Shown: positions 17,527 through 27,617 of the stretch, in pieces
How the letters are laid out: each line of letters begins with the position of its first letter
Numbering within the stretch: position 1 is the stretch's first letter
Virus record (IMG/VR): IMGVR_UViG_3300035150_000015
Location: 32,001 to 96,000 of that record
Length of the DNA stretch: 64,000 bases
Reading direction: 5' to 3' (one strand)
Origin: a virus
Notes under the pieces: generated by a model
Seen by the model: only the letters and a program-made list of their open reading frames with translations
Told to the model about the DNA's origin: nothing
The model's database searches: none
Made by a program: the position numbers and the translations under genes

Positions 17527-20013
17527 CTAGGTCTGCGATCTTTTCCGGAAATAGCTTTCGTCCTTAGCCAATCCAGACCTGAGTAGTTTTTCCCTCCTTC
17601 TGTGCTCCGGGCAACAGTACGTCATAGAATTCTTAGGAGAAGTGTCCGTAAAATCAACTCCACAGTAACGATACCCACACTTTTTGACCCTGCCCTCAAG
17701 ATCCTTAGCCTCCCTACAGGACGGACAATACTTGAAGTTGCCTAATTTCTCAGTTTCCCATTGAGACCCACACAGAAAACAGGTAAACTTTCTGACCCCA
17801 GAGACAGGGTGCTTTTCCCTTAAAACCCGTCGCCTATATCGAGCATAACAGGCAGCACTGTGAAAGTTAGCCGACTCAGTGGCCGACTTGAACTCAATCC
17901 CGCACCCCTTGCATACACGAAAACTTCCTTTCGGAGTCAAACAACCTTTACATAGCCCGGAAGTCAGTGACTTGAACGGGGCCACCTTTCCACAAGAAGA
18001 GCACGATGAGATCCTCTGGCTGCCCCCATAAGAGGTGTTTGGCAAAGAATAGCAGACACCTTTCACCCAGCACAGAACCGATTCAGAACGGGATTCTGTA
18101 CCAGGGCTAGGCAAGTAATAGAGTAACTTCTCCGCCCTCCCCAAACCCAACTCAGCCACCAGTCGAAGAGTATCCTCGACCAACGGGTAGTCACGATCCC
18201 AAAGTCTGAAATCGTCTACATTGACTACAAGCCATCCCCCGGACTTGAGAGCCAACACACTTTTCTCTAAGACCTTTCTCCAAAAGAGGTTCAACCAATC
18301 TTCGTAAGTACAGTACTCTTCCCGACACCAATAAGGAGGTGAGGTCAGGACCATGTCCACATTCTCAGGAAATGTGGCTTCCTCGGACATCTCACACCGA
18401 ATGTCAACAGTACCTTTCAAGTCTGGAAGGTACTGCCGGACCCAATCATTCAAACGAAGCAACCCAGCATGAGTCTCCGTAGAAGGGTCATACCCTACGT
18501 AGTTCGCTTGAGAGTTAGATAGCAATGTACCCAAAAGACGGCCACCATACCCAGCACAAGGGTCTAAGACTGTGCCCCCCGTACAACAGAACCTGTCCAC
18601 CAGAGCCTTTGCTGCCGAAGGCCTGAAATTGTATACCCCGGATCTTTTCCAAAGCCTTAGAGCAGCCCGCATTCTAGCAGGGTTAGGAACATCCCCAGAT
18701 TTCAGTATGAACCGAATCAGCTCTCTGAGTTGAAGGGGGTCCGAGAATAACTCTCGGGGGCTAGGGGCTCTGAAACTACTAGCCGACCAAATATGCTTCA
18801 TGATTCCCTGACAAATACCTTGGCCGGCCTGTCTGGCTTTGATTGCGCCATCTTGGATGACATGAGAAGGGTCAAGATTAAGTAGAACAGTGAGCTCTTC
18901 CGGACGGGGGACATGATAGGGAAATCCCGTTTCCGACCAAAACTTGAAGAATGCTTCCACGAGTACCTCTTTACCAGAGTCGTCTAATGTAGGCCATTGT
19001 TTCACTTCAGCTACCAAGCCACTAGGTACCAAGGACTCATTTGTACGCACTGGCTGACGAGCAATAGCCCCTCTCCAATACTTAGCCGGGAACTTGTAGA
19101 GCATGTCGGGAGGGGCGTGCTCCCGAATCATCTTGAAAAAGGCGTCGGCTGAACGGGCACGGATCCCTAGTCTCTGACAAGTAAGGCATACAGGACATTT
19201 GGAATAGACATCCAAATTGAATCGGTTTCCTACTATACTCAGTACAGACCTGAGTTCTTTTTCATCTACATTCCCCAAAGCTATTGTAGGCAAACCATCT
19301 CCCAAATGACCGTCGTCGAAGTACCAGTAAGCAAGGGACCTTGGAGTGAGCTCCTTCAGGATGGACTCCGGAAAGATCCGAACCCCCTCAGGATAAAAAA
19401 TGGATCGCATCTTACGCAACCACTCATGCTGAATTGTCTGAAAGCCAAACCCAAACGTCAGACGACCGTTCTTCATCTCCTTCTCCGCATACCGAATGGG
19501 GAGAGCGTGAGGAGAAAGAAGCTTATGTAGATGCCTGAGGTAGTCTATCTGCTCCTGGTAATGAGACACCTTGAAGACCCCCCTCTCCAATAAATGACCA
19601 TCCCCAAGAAGGACCCCTATGAAAGCCTCTTTCTGCTCCTCAGTCACCTCCTCATGAGAAGTTGACCGGTCACTCTTAGTCAAGGCAGGAATCCCGAATT
19701 CTTTCAGCTTAACTGAAATCGTTGGTTTGCTCACCCCGTAAAGAGCCCCTATCTCCCTCTGACCGAGAGAAGAGTACAAATCAGCCAACTTAGCAGGGGT
19801 TAGATCATCCAGGACTGGTTGACCCGGACGTTTGGCATCCCTTCTCTGTCTCAAAGAAATCGAAGGAATCCCGTACTTCCTTCGAAAGTAAGAAACGGCC
19901 ACATCGGACATACCCAAAAGGACTCCTATCTCAGCATCCGTATGCTCACGATACAGCTCTTCCAGGCGCTCTTTGGTCAGCCCTACTTCTTTAGCTCTGT
20001 TCCTACGTGCCAT
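17527..20013 (-). CDS. HTH-LAGLIDADG endonuclease-DNA amino-methyltransferase-Zn-ribbon fusion
   Basis: two N-terminal HTH-like segments; FIGVLLGDG and LAYWYFDDG LAGLIDADG helices; LDPCAGYGGR SAM-binding motif; TSPPY catalytic motif; multiple C-terminal CxxC. Confidence 0.8.
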   Translation of the reverse strand: MARRNRAKEVGLTKERLEELYREHTDAEIGVLLGMSDVAVSYFRRKYGIPSISLRQRRDAKRPGQPVLDDLTPAKLADLYSSLGQREIGALYGVSKPTISVKLKEFGIPALTKSDRSTSHEEVTEEQKEAFIGVLLGDGHLLERGVFKVSHYQEQIDYLRHLHKLLSPHALPIRYAEKEMKNGRLTFGFGFQTIQHEWLRKMRSIFYPEGVRIFPESILKELTPRSLAYWYFDDGHLGDGLPTIALGNVDEKELRSVLSIVGNRFNLDVYSKCPVCLTCQRLGIRARSADAFFKMIREHAPPDMLYKFPAKYWRGAIARQPVRTNESLVPSGLVAEVKQWPTLDDSGKEVLVEAFFKFWSETGFPYHVPRPEELTVLLNLDPSHVIQDGAIKARQAGQGICQGIMKHIWSASSFRAPSPRELFSDPLQLRELIRFILKSGDVPNPARMRAALRLWKRSGVYNFRPSAAKALVDRFCCTGGTVLDPCAGYGGRLLGTLLSNSQANYVGYDPSTETHAGLLRLNDWVRQYLPDLKGTVDIRCEMSEEATFPENVDMVLTSPPYWCREEYCTYEDWLNLFWRKVLEKSVLALKSGGWLVVNVDDFRLWDRDYPLVEDTLRLVAELGLGRAEKLLYYLPSPGTESRSESVLCWVKGVCYSLPNTSYGGSQRISSCSSCGKVAPFKSLTSGLCKGCLTPKGSFRVCKGCGIEFKSATESANFHSAACYARYRRRVLREKHPVSGVRKFTCFLCGSQWETEKLGNFKYCPSCREAKDLEGRVKKCGYRYCGVDFTDTSPKNSMTYCCPEHRRREKLLRSGLAKDESYFRKRSQT

Positions 20014-20099
20014 AGTAAGGGAACCCTACTACAGCCCTAACATAAGATCAAGTGGTCTCTAGAACCACACCGGAGATAGGCCCCATAACCTAAATATAC

Positions 20100-20131
20100 A
20101 GAAGCCCCAGACAATTCTGTCTGAGGCTTCT
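20100..20131 (-). terminator. intrinsic terminator downstream of the major capsid gene
   Basis: 14-bp stem AGAAGCCTCAGACA/TGTCTGGGGCTTCT with one G-U pair on the minus strand, followed by GTATATTT. Confidence 0.7.
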
Positions 20132-20161
20132 ATTTTACTCGAGAATTCCTGCTAGAATCTA

Positions 20162-21040
20162 TCAGGTGCGGGTGACCACGAGGCGCGTAAGACCACGGGG
20201 GTTGAAGGCCCCTATACCCAGATTCTCAAAGCAGCTGAAGCCAATCGTCCGAGCCTTGGGGTCATCGGCCGACAGGACGGTCAATTCCGTCCTTACGGGG
20301 ATGCGCCCAAAATTCTCGGGCTCACAGCAAACATACACGTAACCGGCTGGAACCAGACGGCTGGTGATGATCTGAGCGCCCCAGAGAGTGCTCTGGAGAC
20401 CGGTCTTGAGCAGGGTTGCCTGGGTCTCGATGTCCAGGATGTCCCGACCGAACTTACGGATGTCAGCGTAATCGGTCGCATTCATGTAAATGCGAGCAAC
20501 ACGCAGATCATGACGCTCGACCTCGGCGAAGGCGTCAGCAAGGACGCTCGGCGAAATCGGAGCCACAACGGCGATATCCGGATTGGTCTGGGCAGCCAGG
20601 GTGTCGAAACCAGAGACCGCGATCGAGTCGAGAACCGCGAAGACCCTCTCGTCCTCGGCCGCCTGAATCTGCGCACGGGCAAGATCCTGGGACCGCTCGA
20701 TGAGGTCAAAGCGCCGCTCCTTGATCTGCGTCAGAGGAATCTCGGGGTTCGAGGCAATCTCGAACAACGGGAAAATAACCCTGCGAGGCTTCTGGATAGC
20801 GACGATGTTCTCGCCCTCTTCGCCAACCACGTATGCAGTGACGTCGGGGTCCTTGTCGTAGATCGGAAGAGCGCCGTCGGGGAGCTCCTCAACGAGGAAG
20901 GTTTTACGTCCCACCGCAGTGTAGTCACGGCGAGAGCGGAGGGGCTGAACCATCGAAGCTGCGAGCTTGGCGCGACCGGCGGCGGTCTTGATATACTCAC
21001 TGATAATCCGTTGCTTTTGGGCGTTACTGACCTGATTCAT
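20162..21040 (-). CDS. major capsid protein (HK97 fold)
   Basis: follows protease, scaffold and decoration genes; G..KLA.SM..P....DY...GRK..L...LP.G..P.YD and FEIAS.P.I ... I...ED motifs recall Bxz1-type capsid proteins; followed by a terminator. Confidence 0.85.
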   Translation of the reverse strand: MNQVSNAQKQRIISEYIKTAAGRAKLAASMVQPLRSRRDYTAVGRKTFLVEELPDGALPIYDKDPDVTAYVVGEEGENIVAIQKPRRVIFPLFEIASNPEIPLTQIKERRFDLIERSQDLARAQIQAAEDERVFAVLDSIAVSGFDTLAAQTNPDIAVVAPISPSVLADAFAEVERHDLRVARIYMNATDYADIRKFGRDILDIETQATLLKTGLQSTLWGAQIITSRLVPAGYVYVCCEPENFGRIPVRTELTVLSADDPKARTIGFSCFENLGIGAFNPRGLTRLVVTRT

Positions 21041-21095
21041 GGCTTCTTCCTTAGGGAACTTTCTTTTCCAGGTTAGGGGTTTACGGCTCCCGGGC

Positions 21096-21695
21096 TCAGA
21101 TCCTCATGTCCAGTACCATTAGCGAGTTGTTCGCATCCGGTACGACCTTGAGAACGCCGACGATGGTGTAAGTGGTTTGCTCGAAGCAGTTGTTATCGTT
21201 ACCTGCATTGGTCAGAAGACCATTCGCCGAAGCGTACAGCGCGTCGCCAACTGCGTAGGTAAGAGCCGCAGCACTGTTGAGATCCTGAGTCTCATACAGA
21301 GTCACGCCCACAACGGACATGCCATTGAAGTACGGACCACGGTTCGAAGCCACACCAGGGGTGTTTTCGTAGGCATTGCCCACGGCGTCATTGATGAAAA
21401 GTCCGAGAGGCTTGCACGTAGCTGTACCAACGCCACCGGAGGTGTCAGGACCACCGATATAGCCGTTGCCAGCATCTCCACGGGTGAAAGCTACGCTGGC
21501 ACCCAAGACACCAGTCTTGGTGATACCAGATAGCGTAGTACTTACAGTAGTAGCCCCAGTGACCGTGGGAGGATTAGCCTGAGTGAAAGCGTCCGCCGCC
21601 ATGATACCGAGTGCATTTCGGTGTCCGACGTGGAAAATCTGGACTCGTCCACTAGTTTCCCGGTAGTCACCCGAGCTTTGACCATATGCTAGCAT
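21096..21695 (-). CDS. capsid decoration/cement protein
   Basis: immediately upstream of MCP; PLGLF...; YE ... Y.VGD.LY.S..GLLT ... IVG....P motif typical of beta-tulip cement proteins. Confidence 0.7.
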   Translation of the reverse strand: MLAYGQSSGDYRETSGRVQIFHVGHRNALGIMAADAFTQANPPTVTGATTVSTTLSGITKTGVLGASVAFTRGDAGNGYIGGPDTSGGVGTATCKPLGLFINDAVGNAYENTPGVASNRGPYFNGMSVVGVTLYETQDLNSAAALTYAVGDALYASANGLLTNAGNDNNCFEQTTYTIVGVLKVVPDANNSLMVLDMRI

Positions 21696-21757
21696 GTTTT
21701 CTTGCTCCTATTGGTTAGTTGCTTGCTGGGGTTGACCGATACTCATTCATATTTGGG

Positions 21758-22975
21758 TCAGCGACCAAAGGTCTGGGAGACGTCAGGGGACGTTGACCAA
21801 AGATTTGAAAGCTTATCAACATCGCTGTTGACATCGCTGGGGGAACTTCCACCTAACTTGGAAACGCCACCAGAGGGGCGAGTTCCAACGGTTCGGGTCG
21901 AAGCGGTTCGGACAGGAGTTTCCTTGGCAGGAGCCTCAAGATCCGTGGCGAACAGGGAACGAAGAACCTCATCCTCCTGGCCAGCAGTGACATCCAGACT
22001 CATCTCAGGGCTTTCGAGCTCAATCTCGAATTCACCTTCATTAGCCATCAGCATCTGCTCCTGGGACTGATCCATCTGGGGCTCTTGGGCCAACTGTGGA
22101 TCGAGCATCTGGCTTAGAAGCTGTTCGTCATCCACGGGCACCTGCTGCTGGACCTGAACCTCTTCCTGAACAGGCTGTTGCTGGGACATGAGCTGCTGCT
22201 GAAGCTGGGCCAGGAGCTGTTGCTGCTGCTCTTGGCTCATCTGGCACATAGCCTGGACAACCTTCTTCTGGACGTCTTCGTCCTCTTCGTCCTTCTTTTC
22301 CTGCTGATCAGCGGCCTGCTTCTCTTCCTGCTGCTCAGTTTCCTTCTTCTCTTCCTGCTGATCAGCGGCCTGCTTCTCTTGCTCAGCCTTATCTCCCTGC
22401 TCAGCTTCCTTCTTCTCTTCTTGCTGCTCGGTGGCTTGCTTATCTTGCTGGGCCTGAGCCTTCTCTTGCTGGGCCTGAGCCTTCTCTTCGTCAGCCTCAG
22501 CCTGCTCTTCGTCAGCTTCAGCCTCTTCCTCGTCGTCCTCGTCCTCGTCAGCGGCGGAAACTAGACGACTGGCAGTCTTAAGGAGCTCAGAATCAGAAAG
22601 GGTCATAAACGAAAGGGCCTGATCGACAAGAACATCGTCAGAAGCTGTCTTACCAAGCAAGGCGCGAGCGACATCAACACACAAATCGGCTTTTTTGATC
22701 AAAAACCCATGATCTTCGGCCGCTTTGAAGGTGTCGGACCTGAACTCGGGCATACCGATCTCGTTTCTACGAGTCTCATCACCCTCATACTCAGCCTTCC
22801 ACGTATCGCCAGACTCGTGTACATCCTCAGCAAACTCCGAAGGTCCACCAGTTTCGTACTCGGTGGCGGACGGCTGCTGCTGCAGGTGGTCCTGGTTCAT
22901 TGCCCGGGGATCTTCTGCCAATTTGGCAGCCAGGCTAGCAATCCGGTCTCGGTCCCATGTGGTGCGCTCGCGCAT
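21758..22975 (-). CDS. capsid scaffolding protein
   Basis: E/Q/D-rich low-complexity protein between protease and decoration/MCP; 54-bp (22301, 22355) and 21-bp internal repeats. Confidence 0.7.
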   Translation of the reverse strand: MRERTTWDRDRIASLAAKLAEDPRAMNQDHLQQQPSATEYETGGPSEFAEDVHESGDTWKAEYEGDETRRNEIGMPEFRSDTFKAAEDHGFLIKKADLCVDVARALLGKTASDDVLVDQALSFMTLSDSELLKTASRLVSAADEDEDDEEEAEADEEQAEADEEKAQAQQEKAQAQQDKQATEQQEEKKEAEQGDKAEQEKQAADQQEEKKETEQQEEKQAADQQEKKDEEDEDVQKKVVQAMCQMSQEQQQQLLAQLQQQLMSQQQPVQEEVQVQQQVPVDDEQLLSQMLDPQLAQEPQMDQSQEQMLMANEGEFEIELESPEMSLDVTAGQEDEVLRSLFATDLEAPAKETPVRTASTRTVGTRPSGGVSKLGGSSPSDVNSDVDKLSNLWSTSPDVSQTFGR

Positions 22976-23020
22976 GGTTAATCACCTTTCCTGCCCAGAG
23001 AGGGCATATAAAGAGATTCT

Positions 23021-25990
23021 CTACGATCCTAGGTCGTAAAGTCTCCCTTTTGTAATTAGGGCGTCCCTCTCGGAGCCCTGCAGGTCTCTACCAATCACCC
23101 GCCGACAAGCGGCGAGATAGCTATTCAGATCCTCGTAAACAGAAAAACCGCCGACACTTACTACGGTTTTATATATTCTGGATTCACCTGCGATCCTCGG
23201 CGTATCCGTGAACTCATCAAGGAAACGAGATACAGCCAGAATCTCTGTTCCGTTTAACCGGCCAGAGGCTTGTACGGCCCTCCAGCCGCCATTCTTGTGG
23301 AGTAGAAGACCATACAATACCTTACGCGCCAATACACAATTAGGTATTCTAGACCCCACCTTCTCAGCAATCATTCTCCAAGAAGCATTCTTGGTGAAGG
23401 CCTCCTTGATGAGAGTCTCGTTAAGGTTCTCATCCAAAGTTGGGTTTTCCCCCTTCCCAATCTGCTCCCGAACCTTCTCCACAGCTTTTTCCCTGAGGAA
23501 CTCAGCTAGGTCCCCGACAGCCTGGTCCAAAGGATCGTCCTCGGTCTTCTTCTCTTCTTTGGGCTCACCACCAAATTCCCCACCCTCACCAAAGTCGAAG
23601 CCTTCCTCACCAGCCGCAGACAAAAGGCTGGCGGCCCTCTGGAAGGCTCCCAAGTCGGTCACTCGGGCAGCTTGTGAGAAGGCCACCTGAACCTTGTTCC
23701 GGATCTGTTTTATTTCAGAGGGGGTCAAAATATTGCGCAACACAGCCCCAGTGAAGGCTGGGTGAGCTACCCAACTAGCTTCGATGAACTTGACGCTATT
23801 TGGGTCAGATCGGTGACCACAAAGCTCAGCAATTTTACGTTTGTTGCCCAGGCCATCCAAGTAGGTCTGGCCCTTCATATAGCGAATATGTGGGCAATTA
23901 TGGACCGCCACCCCCTCTACAACATATGAATGGTCCTCTTCAACCCCAACATTATGCACTGGACCAGAATACAGCTCCGAGAATACCCCCCTGACTCTGT
24001 AGACAAACCAGTTTCCAACTCGCTTAAATCCACCATTAGTTAGCGAGGCCATTGTCACCCGAGCTGTTTCTCGATCTTCAAACCGAGCTTCTCCTGAGAA
24101 TCCAACAGGCTCTGGACAAGTTACAGAAAAACTTGGGAGCCATCCTCTTTGATCACGGATCGTTACTGACCCGTCCCCGTTCACAACCTCCTGAACAGTG
24201 GCGAGCTTACCTCCAAAGACGATAGCTCGACGAGCATACATCTCGCAACGAGCCGCAAGCACGTGCATTTGGCTACACAAGTTGAAAGAAGCCGTGTTTC
24301 CCCGAATACCATTAGCATTCTGGGTTCCATCTCCGCCAAGCCAACATTTGAGTACGTGTGCTTGAACACTAGAAGGCCACAACATCACCTCTCGAGAAAG
24401 TCGCTTAGCACTTGCATATTCCCCACAATGCCTGAAGAAAAACGCAGCTGCTTCCTGATCCATAAGTCGGACAGAACATGAGGACCCATTATCATAGATT
24501 CGAGGGAGGACATCGTGACAAGCCTCTTGAACCCAACAACGACCACACACCTTGCATTTATAGCAGTCGTCCCGACCAGGTTTGAATCTAGCGTTTAGGG
24601 CATATTCTGAAGGAGCCTCACATGAAGGACATGATACCTCTTCAGGTATTGAACGACTCGTTGACCGACGCTTAACTTGCTTGGTCCCTCGCTCCTGAAC
24701 GAGCTGTTTCCACTGCACCGACACTGGACGGCGTTTTCGTCCAAAGACTTCAGACAAGAGCCGAGAAGTTTCCTCTACCAAAGTAGTACGTTCATGAGAA
24801 CCAAAATCAAAACTCACCCCCACAAGCTCACCCTTACGCTTGATAAACGAGCCTTCAGCCGCGAAATAACCAATCAATCGGGCCTTTTCAATTGTAGCAT
24901 CAGTTGTCAACACCTCACCCTGAGGGATTGGGAACGCAAGGTAATCTCCAACTCGGATATCCTGAGCTTCCGTGAAATCAAACTTCACCTCGAACAAATT
25001 CCGCCACTCATCGAGGCTCACCACATCCCGAGAAGGGTTCGGATTTCGAAGTCTAGTGTTATGACCCGGTAGAAACCGACGCCTGAATGCCTTCTGACTC
25101 CCACGCTCATGTTCAACAGTTCTTTGTAGGGACTGACCACACCCGCAAGCACATTCGATCTCTGGACGAAGCACCCAGTAAGGGTGATCAGGAGTAGACA
25201 TCAACTTAGATGGAACCCCTTCGACATCCAAAACACTGAGTGAGCCTTCATGATGACTACTCATCACTTCCGTCACGGCACGAGCATTGCCCTTGTGGGT
25301 GATCAGCATATCGCCCACAACCACATCTTCAATCGGAACATATGTCCCATCTTGACGAAGCACTCTGGTGCCAGGAGGGAAGCAAAGTTGGGTTTCGTCC
25401 TCGGCCACATTCCCACACTTAGTGCAGGTCGTATGGCCGACCTGGCAGCCCATAGACATGGTCTGAACTTGTCTGGACTGAATCGCAGCCACCAAAGGCT
25501 TGTGTTTCAGAGCCGTGGCCACCAGGATATCAACATAGACAGAATCCCCAATATCCCTGGCCGCCGCATCAATGATTTTGCCCTTGGAGAGCTCGGGAAT
25601 TTGTAGATGCTCTACGTAGTTTTCACCCCCAATGAAAGTCTTGTAAGTAGCTAAAAGTAAACGCCTCTCCCACGCATCAAAATTGTTATTTATAAAACTC
25701 TGAGTTCCAGGGGTAATCAGAAAGTCCCCAAACTTCCGGTCAATCTCGAACCCGTCAATCATCTGCCGTCCCAGAGGGAGACCTGACTCCTCGGTATCTA
25801 CAGAAGCGATAATTGTAGCGTGGCTCAAAAGATATTCCTTGGGGTCATACTTCTGGATGACCTGAGAAGCCTTTTTACTGAAAAAGCCTTTTCCCGAAAG
25901 GGCTTTAGCCCTCACTTCATCCCACACCGGAAGTTTGACATCCGGTTGGATTACAGTGGCATTGGCATAACGCAAAAAGGCCATTCTCAC
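23021..25990 (-). CDS. prohead (capsid maturation) protease with intein
   Basis: NNNFD.W, YVEH...KGKIIDA and SMGC catalytic-type motifs; CTKCG...CPH Zn site; FIEASWV..PAF.GA. Confidence 0.75.
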   Translation of the reverse strand: MRMAFLRYANATVIQPDVKLPVWDEVRAKALSGKGFFSKKASQVIQKYDPKEYLLSHATIIASVDTEESGLPLGRQMIDGFEIDRKFGDFLITPGTQSFINNNFDAWERRLLLATYKTFIGGENYVEHLQIPELSKGKIIDAAARDIGDSVYVDILVATALKHKPLVAAIQSRQVQTMSMGCQVGHTTCTKCGNVAEDETQLCFPPGTRVLRQDGTYVPIEDVVVGDMLITHKGNARAVTEVMSSHHEGSLSVLDVEGVPSKLMSTPDHPYWVLRPEIECACGCGQSLQRTVEHERGSQKAFRRRFLPGHNTRLRNPNPSRDVVSLDEWRNLFEVKFDFTEAQDIRVGDYLAFPIPQGEVLTTDATIEKARLIGYFAAEGSFIKRKGELVGVSFDFGSHERTTLVEETSRLLSEVFGRKRRPVSVQWKQLVQERGTKQVKRRSTSRSIPEEVSCPSCEAPSEYALNARFKPGRDDCYKCKVCGRCWVQEACHDVLPRIYDNGSSCSVRLMDQEAAAFFFRHCGEYASAKRLSREVMLWPSSVQAHVLKCWLGGDGTQNANGIRGNTASFNLCSQMHVLAARCEMYARRAIVFGGKLATVQEVVNGDGSVTIRDQRGWLPSFSVTCPEPVGFSGEARFEDRETARVTMASLTNGGFKRVGNWFVYRVRGVFSELYSGPVHNVGVEEDHSYVVEGVAVHNCPHIRYMKGQTYLDGLGNKRKIAELCGHRSDPNSVKFIEASWVAHPAFTGAVLRNILTPSEIKQIRNKVQVAFSQAARVTDLGAFQRAASLLSAAGEEGFDFGEGGEFGGEPKEEKKTEDDPLDQAVGDLAEFLREKAVEKVREQIGKGENPTLDENLNETLIKEAFTKNASWRMIAEKVGSRIPNCVLARKVLYGLLLHKNGGWRAVQASGRLNGTEILAVSRFLDEFTDTPRIAGESRIYKTVVSVGGFSVYEDLNSYLAACRRVIGRDLQGSERDALITKGRLYDLGS
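23897..25384 (-). mobile_element. intein (496 aa) with LAGLIDADG domain in the prohead protease
   Basis: starts CFPPGTRV, ends VAVHN followed by C; TPDHP block B; LIGYFAAEG and WLGGDG endonuclease motifs; splicing restores ETQL-CPH. Confidence 0.92.
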
Positions 25991-26439
25991 CCCATCTTCA
26001 GGAGTACTTGGTTGACCAGGTCCCTCTTGGCGGATGCCACCTTGAAAGCTTCAAGATGGGAGACCATGGACCTGTACTTCTTCAATTGTTTTCGAAGGCT
26101 CTGTAGTCCCCTTTTTTCGGAATCCTTGGCAGAAAATTCCGCTTGCTGCAGAGCCCTCTGAGCCTTTCCCAGAAGACCTAGACTGACTGACTTCCCCTCT
26201 TCGACCCTCTTCTTCAAGAGATCAACAGGGTTTCCAGCTGGTCTGTTCTTCCAGACTTCCCCGATGCTATCACTGACACCCTTGTCTACCCTAACCTTGA
26301 CATTGGTGCCTCCGGACGGTCCCTCAGTCTTGTCCCTTTTCACATGATGCTTACGAGGGTCAGCTTTGGGGTGCTCTCTCAAATAAGTTCTGAGGGCTTC
26401 AGGAGATTCGAATTCTTTGGAAGTTTTCATCCTCACCAC
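25987..26439 (-). CDS. basic head-associated protein
   Basis: 150 aa; EF.S.EAL..YLREHPKAD...H.V module. Confidence 0.55.
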   Translation of the reverse strand: MVRMKTSKEFESPEALRTYLREHPKADPRKHHVKRDKTEGPSGGTNVKVRVDKGVSDSIGEVWKNRPAGNPVDLLKKRVEEGKSVSLGLLGKAQRALQQAEFSAKDSEKRGLQSLRKQLKKYRSMVSHLEAFKVASAKRDLVNQVLLKMG

Positions 26440-27149
26440 TCCACTGGAGAGCCATCAGGACCAAGAATATCGGCTTGACGGATCAAGTACATATCCTGCG
26501 GGCAAGCAAACAATCGGATTTTCCGGCCCTCCGCCATCTTGTAAGTGGTCCTCCGCATCTGAGTCCCACACTTAGGGCAGTTCGGAAGACGAGCTGTGAC
26601 TTCAGCCCTTGTAGCCCGGTGCTGGCGATTCTGAGCGGCCCAATAGGTGGCAGTCTTCCTGGCGTGCTGTTCCAGCAACAGATCAAGAGATCTGGAAGCA
26701 AAGCGGTAGAACTTCTTTACCTCATCCAGAAGAACGTCGTCTTCTGTCGCGGCCCCGTACTTACGCCACAAGCTATCGTAAGCTAGAACCTCTCCCACAT
26801 TCGAGTGGAACAAACGGGCCATGTCCCGATGAAATCCAGGAGGGACCTGAGTGGTTCTCCATAGATTCTGAAGCCTCTCCCTGGCCTTCTTGGTCACCTC
26901 CATCCCAGGAAAGTAGGAAAATTCTACTGTGGGTGGGAGATAAGCTGCGAATTCCGGAGATGACTTTACAAGCCACTCCGGAGATACGCGCTCACTGCCA
27001 AACGGCCACTGGACATCGACAAAACCAATCCCCGGCAACACGGCCAAAACCCTCCCGGCATAAGGGGTAACCCCCTGCCCGGGAAGGATTTGCTGTACGG
27101 TATCACCAACAGAAAAGTCTTTGGTCAGAGTCCAGTAGTCAATCGCCAC
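26433..27149 (-). CDS. hypothetical protein with a C-terminal Zn ribbon
   Basis: CPKC...LFAC; lies within the head operon. Confidence 0.6.
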   Translation of the reverse strand: MAIDYWTLTKDFSVGDTVQQILPGQGVTPYAGRVLAVLPGIGFVDVQWPFGSERVSPEWLVKSSPEFAAYLPPTVEFSYFPGMEVTKKARERLQNLWRTTQVPPGFHRDMARLFHSNVGEVLAYDSLWRKYGAATEDDVLLDEVKKFYRFASRSLDLLLEQHARKTATYWAAQNRQHRATRAEVTARLPNCPKCGTQMRRTTYKMAEGRKIRLFACPQDMYLIRQADILGPDGSPVEW

Positions 27150-27190
27150 GGCAGAACCCTCAAGAAAAAACGGGATGGTAGAAAAGAAGC

Positions 27191-27586
27191 TTACGGAGCG
27201 AGAGGGCGCCCGGTCTCAGACTTACCAGTCTCAACAGCCGAGGACTGATCGTCGGAATAAGCCTGCATGTAAGGCTCGTCAGCGTCGGTCTGAACAGGCT
27301 TCTGAGGGTTCTCAAAGGTAGCCATGTAAGGCTCGTCAGCGTCACGCTGGAGAACCTTGGCTTCCTTGAGCAGTTTCACCTGACGACGCTCCAAGGAATC
27401 CTGCCCATAGGCACGAACCTCGAGCTCATCAGCAGTTTTGTCCAAGTTGTTGACAATCTCTTTGGCGGTATCAAAAGAGATCCCCAAAGCTTCGTGGTTG
27501 GCCTGGATCTCTCCGGCAGCCACGTCCAAGTGAGCAAGAATGGTATTGACCGTCTTGATTTGTTCGGCGGATAGCTTGGTAGGCAT
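27191..27586 (-). CDS. hypothetical head-associated protein
   Basis: likely start MPTKLS at 27586 (AGGAG SD); Q.DADEPYM occurs twice. Confidence 0.6.
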   Translation of the reverse strand: MPTKLSAEQIKTVNTILAHLDVAAGEIQANHEALGISFDTAKEIVNNLDKTADELEVRAYGQDSLERRQVKLLKEAKVLQRDADEPYMATFENPQKPVQTDADEPYMQAYSDDQSSAVETGKSETGRPLAP

Positions 27587-27617
27587 TTCCGTTACTCCTG
27601 AGGGTTGCTTGTTACTT

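Noticed and set aside
20162-21040. Encapsulin shell protein
   Set aside because: The terminase-portal-protease-scaffold context identifies it as a phage major capsid protein
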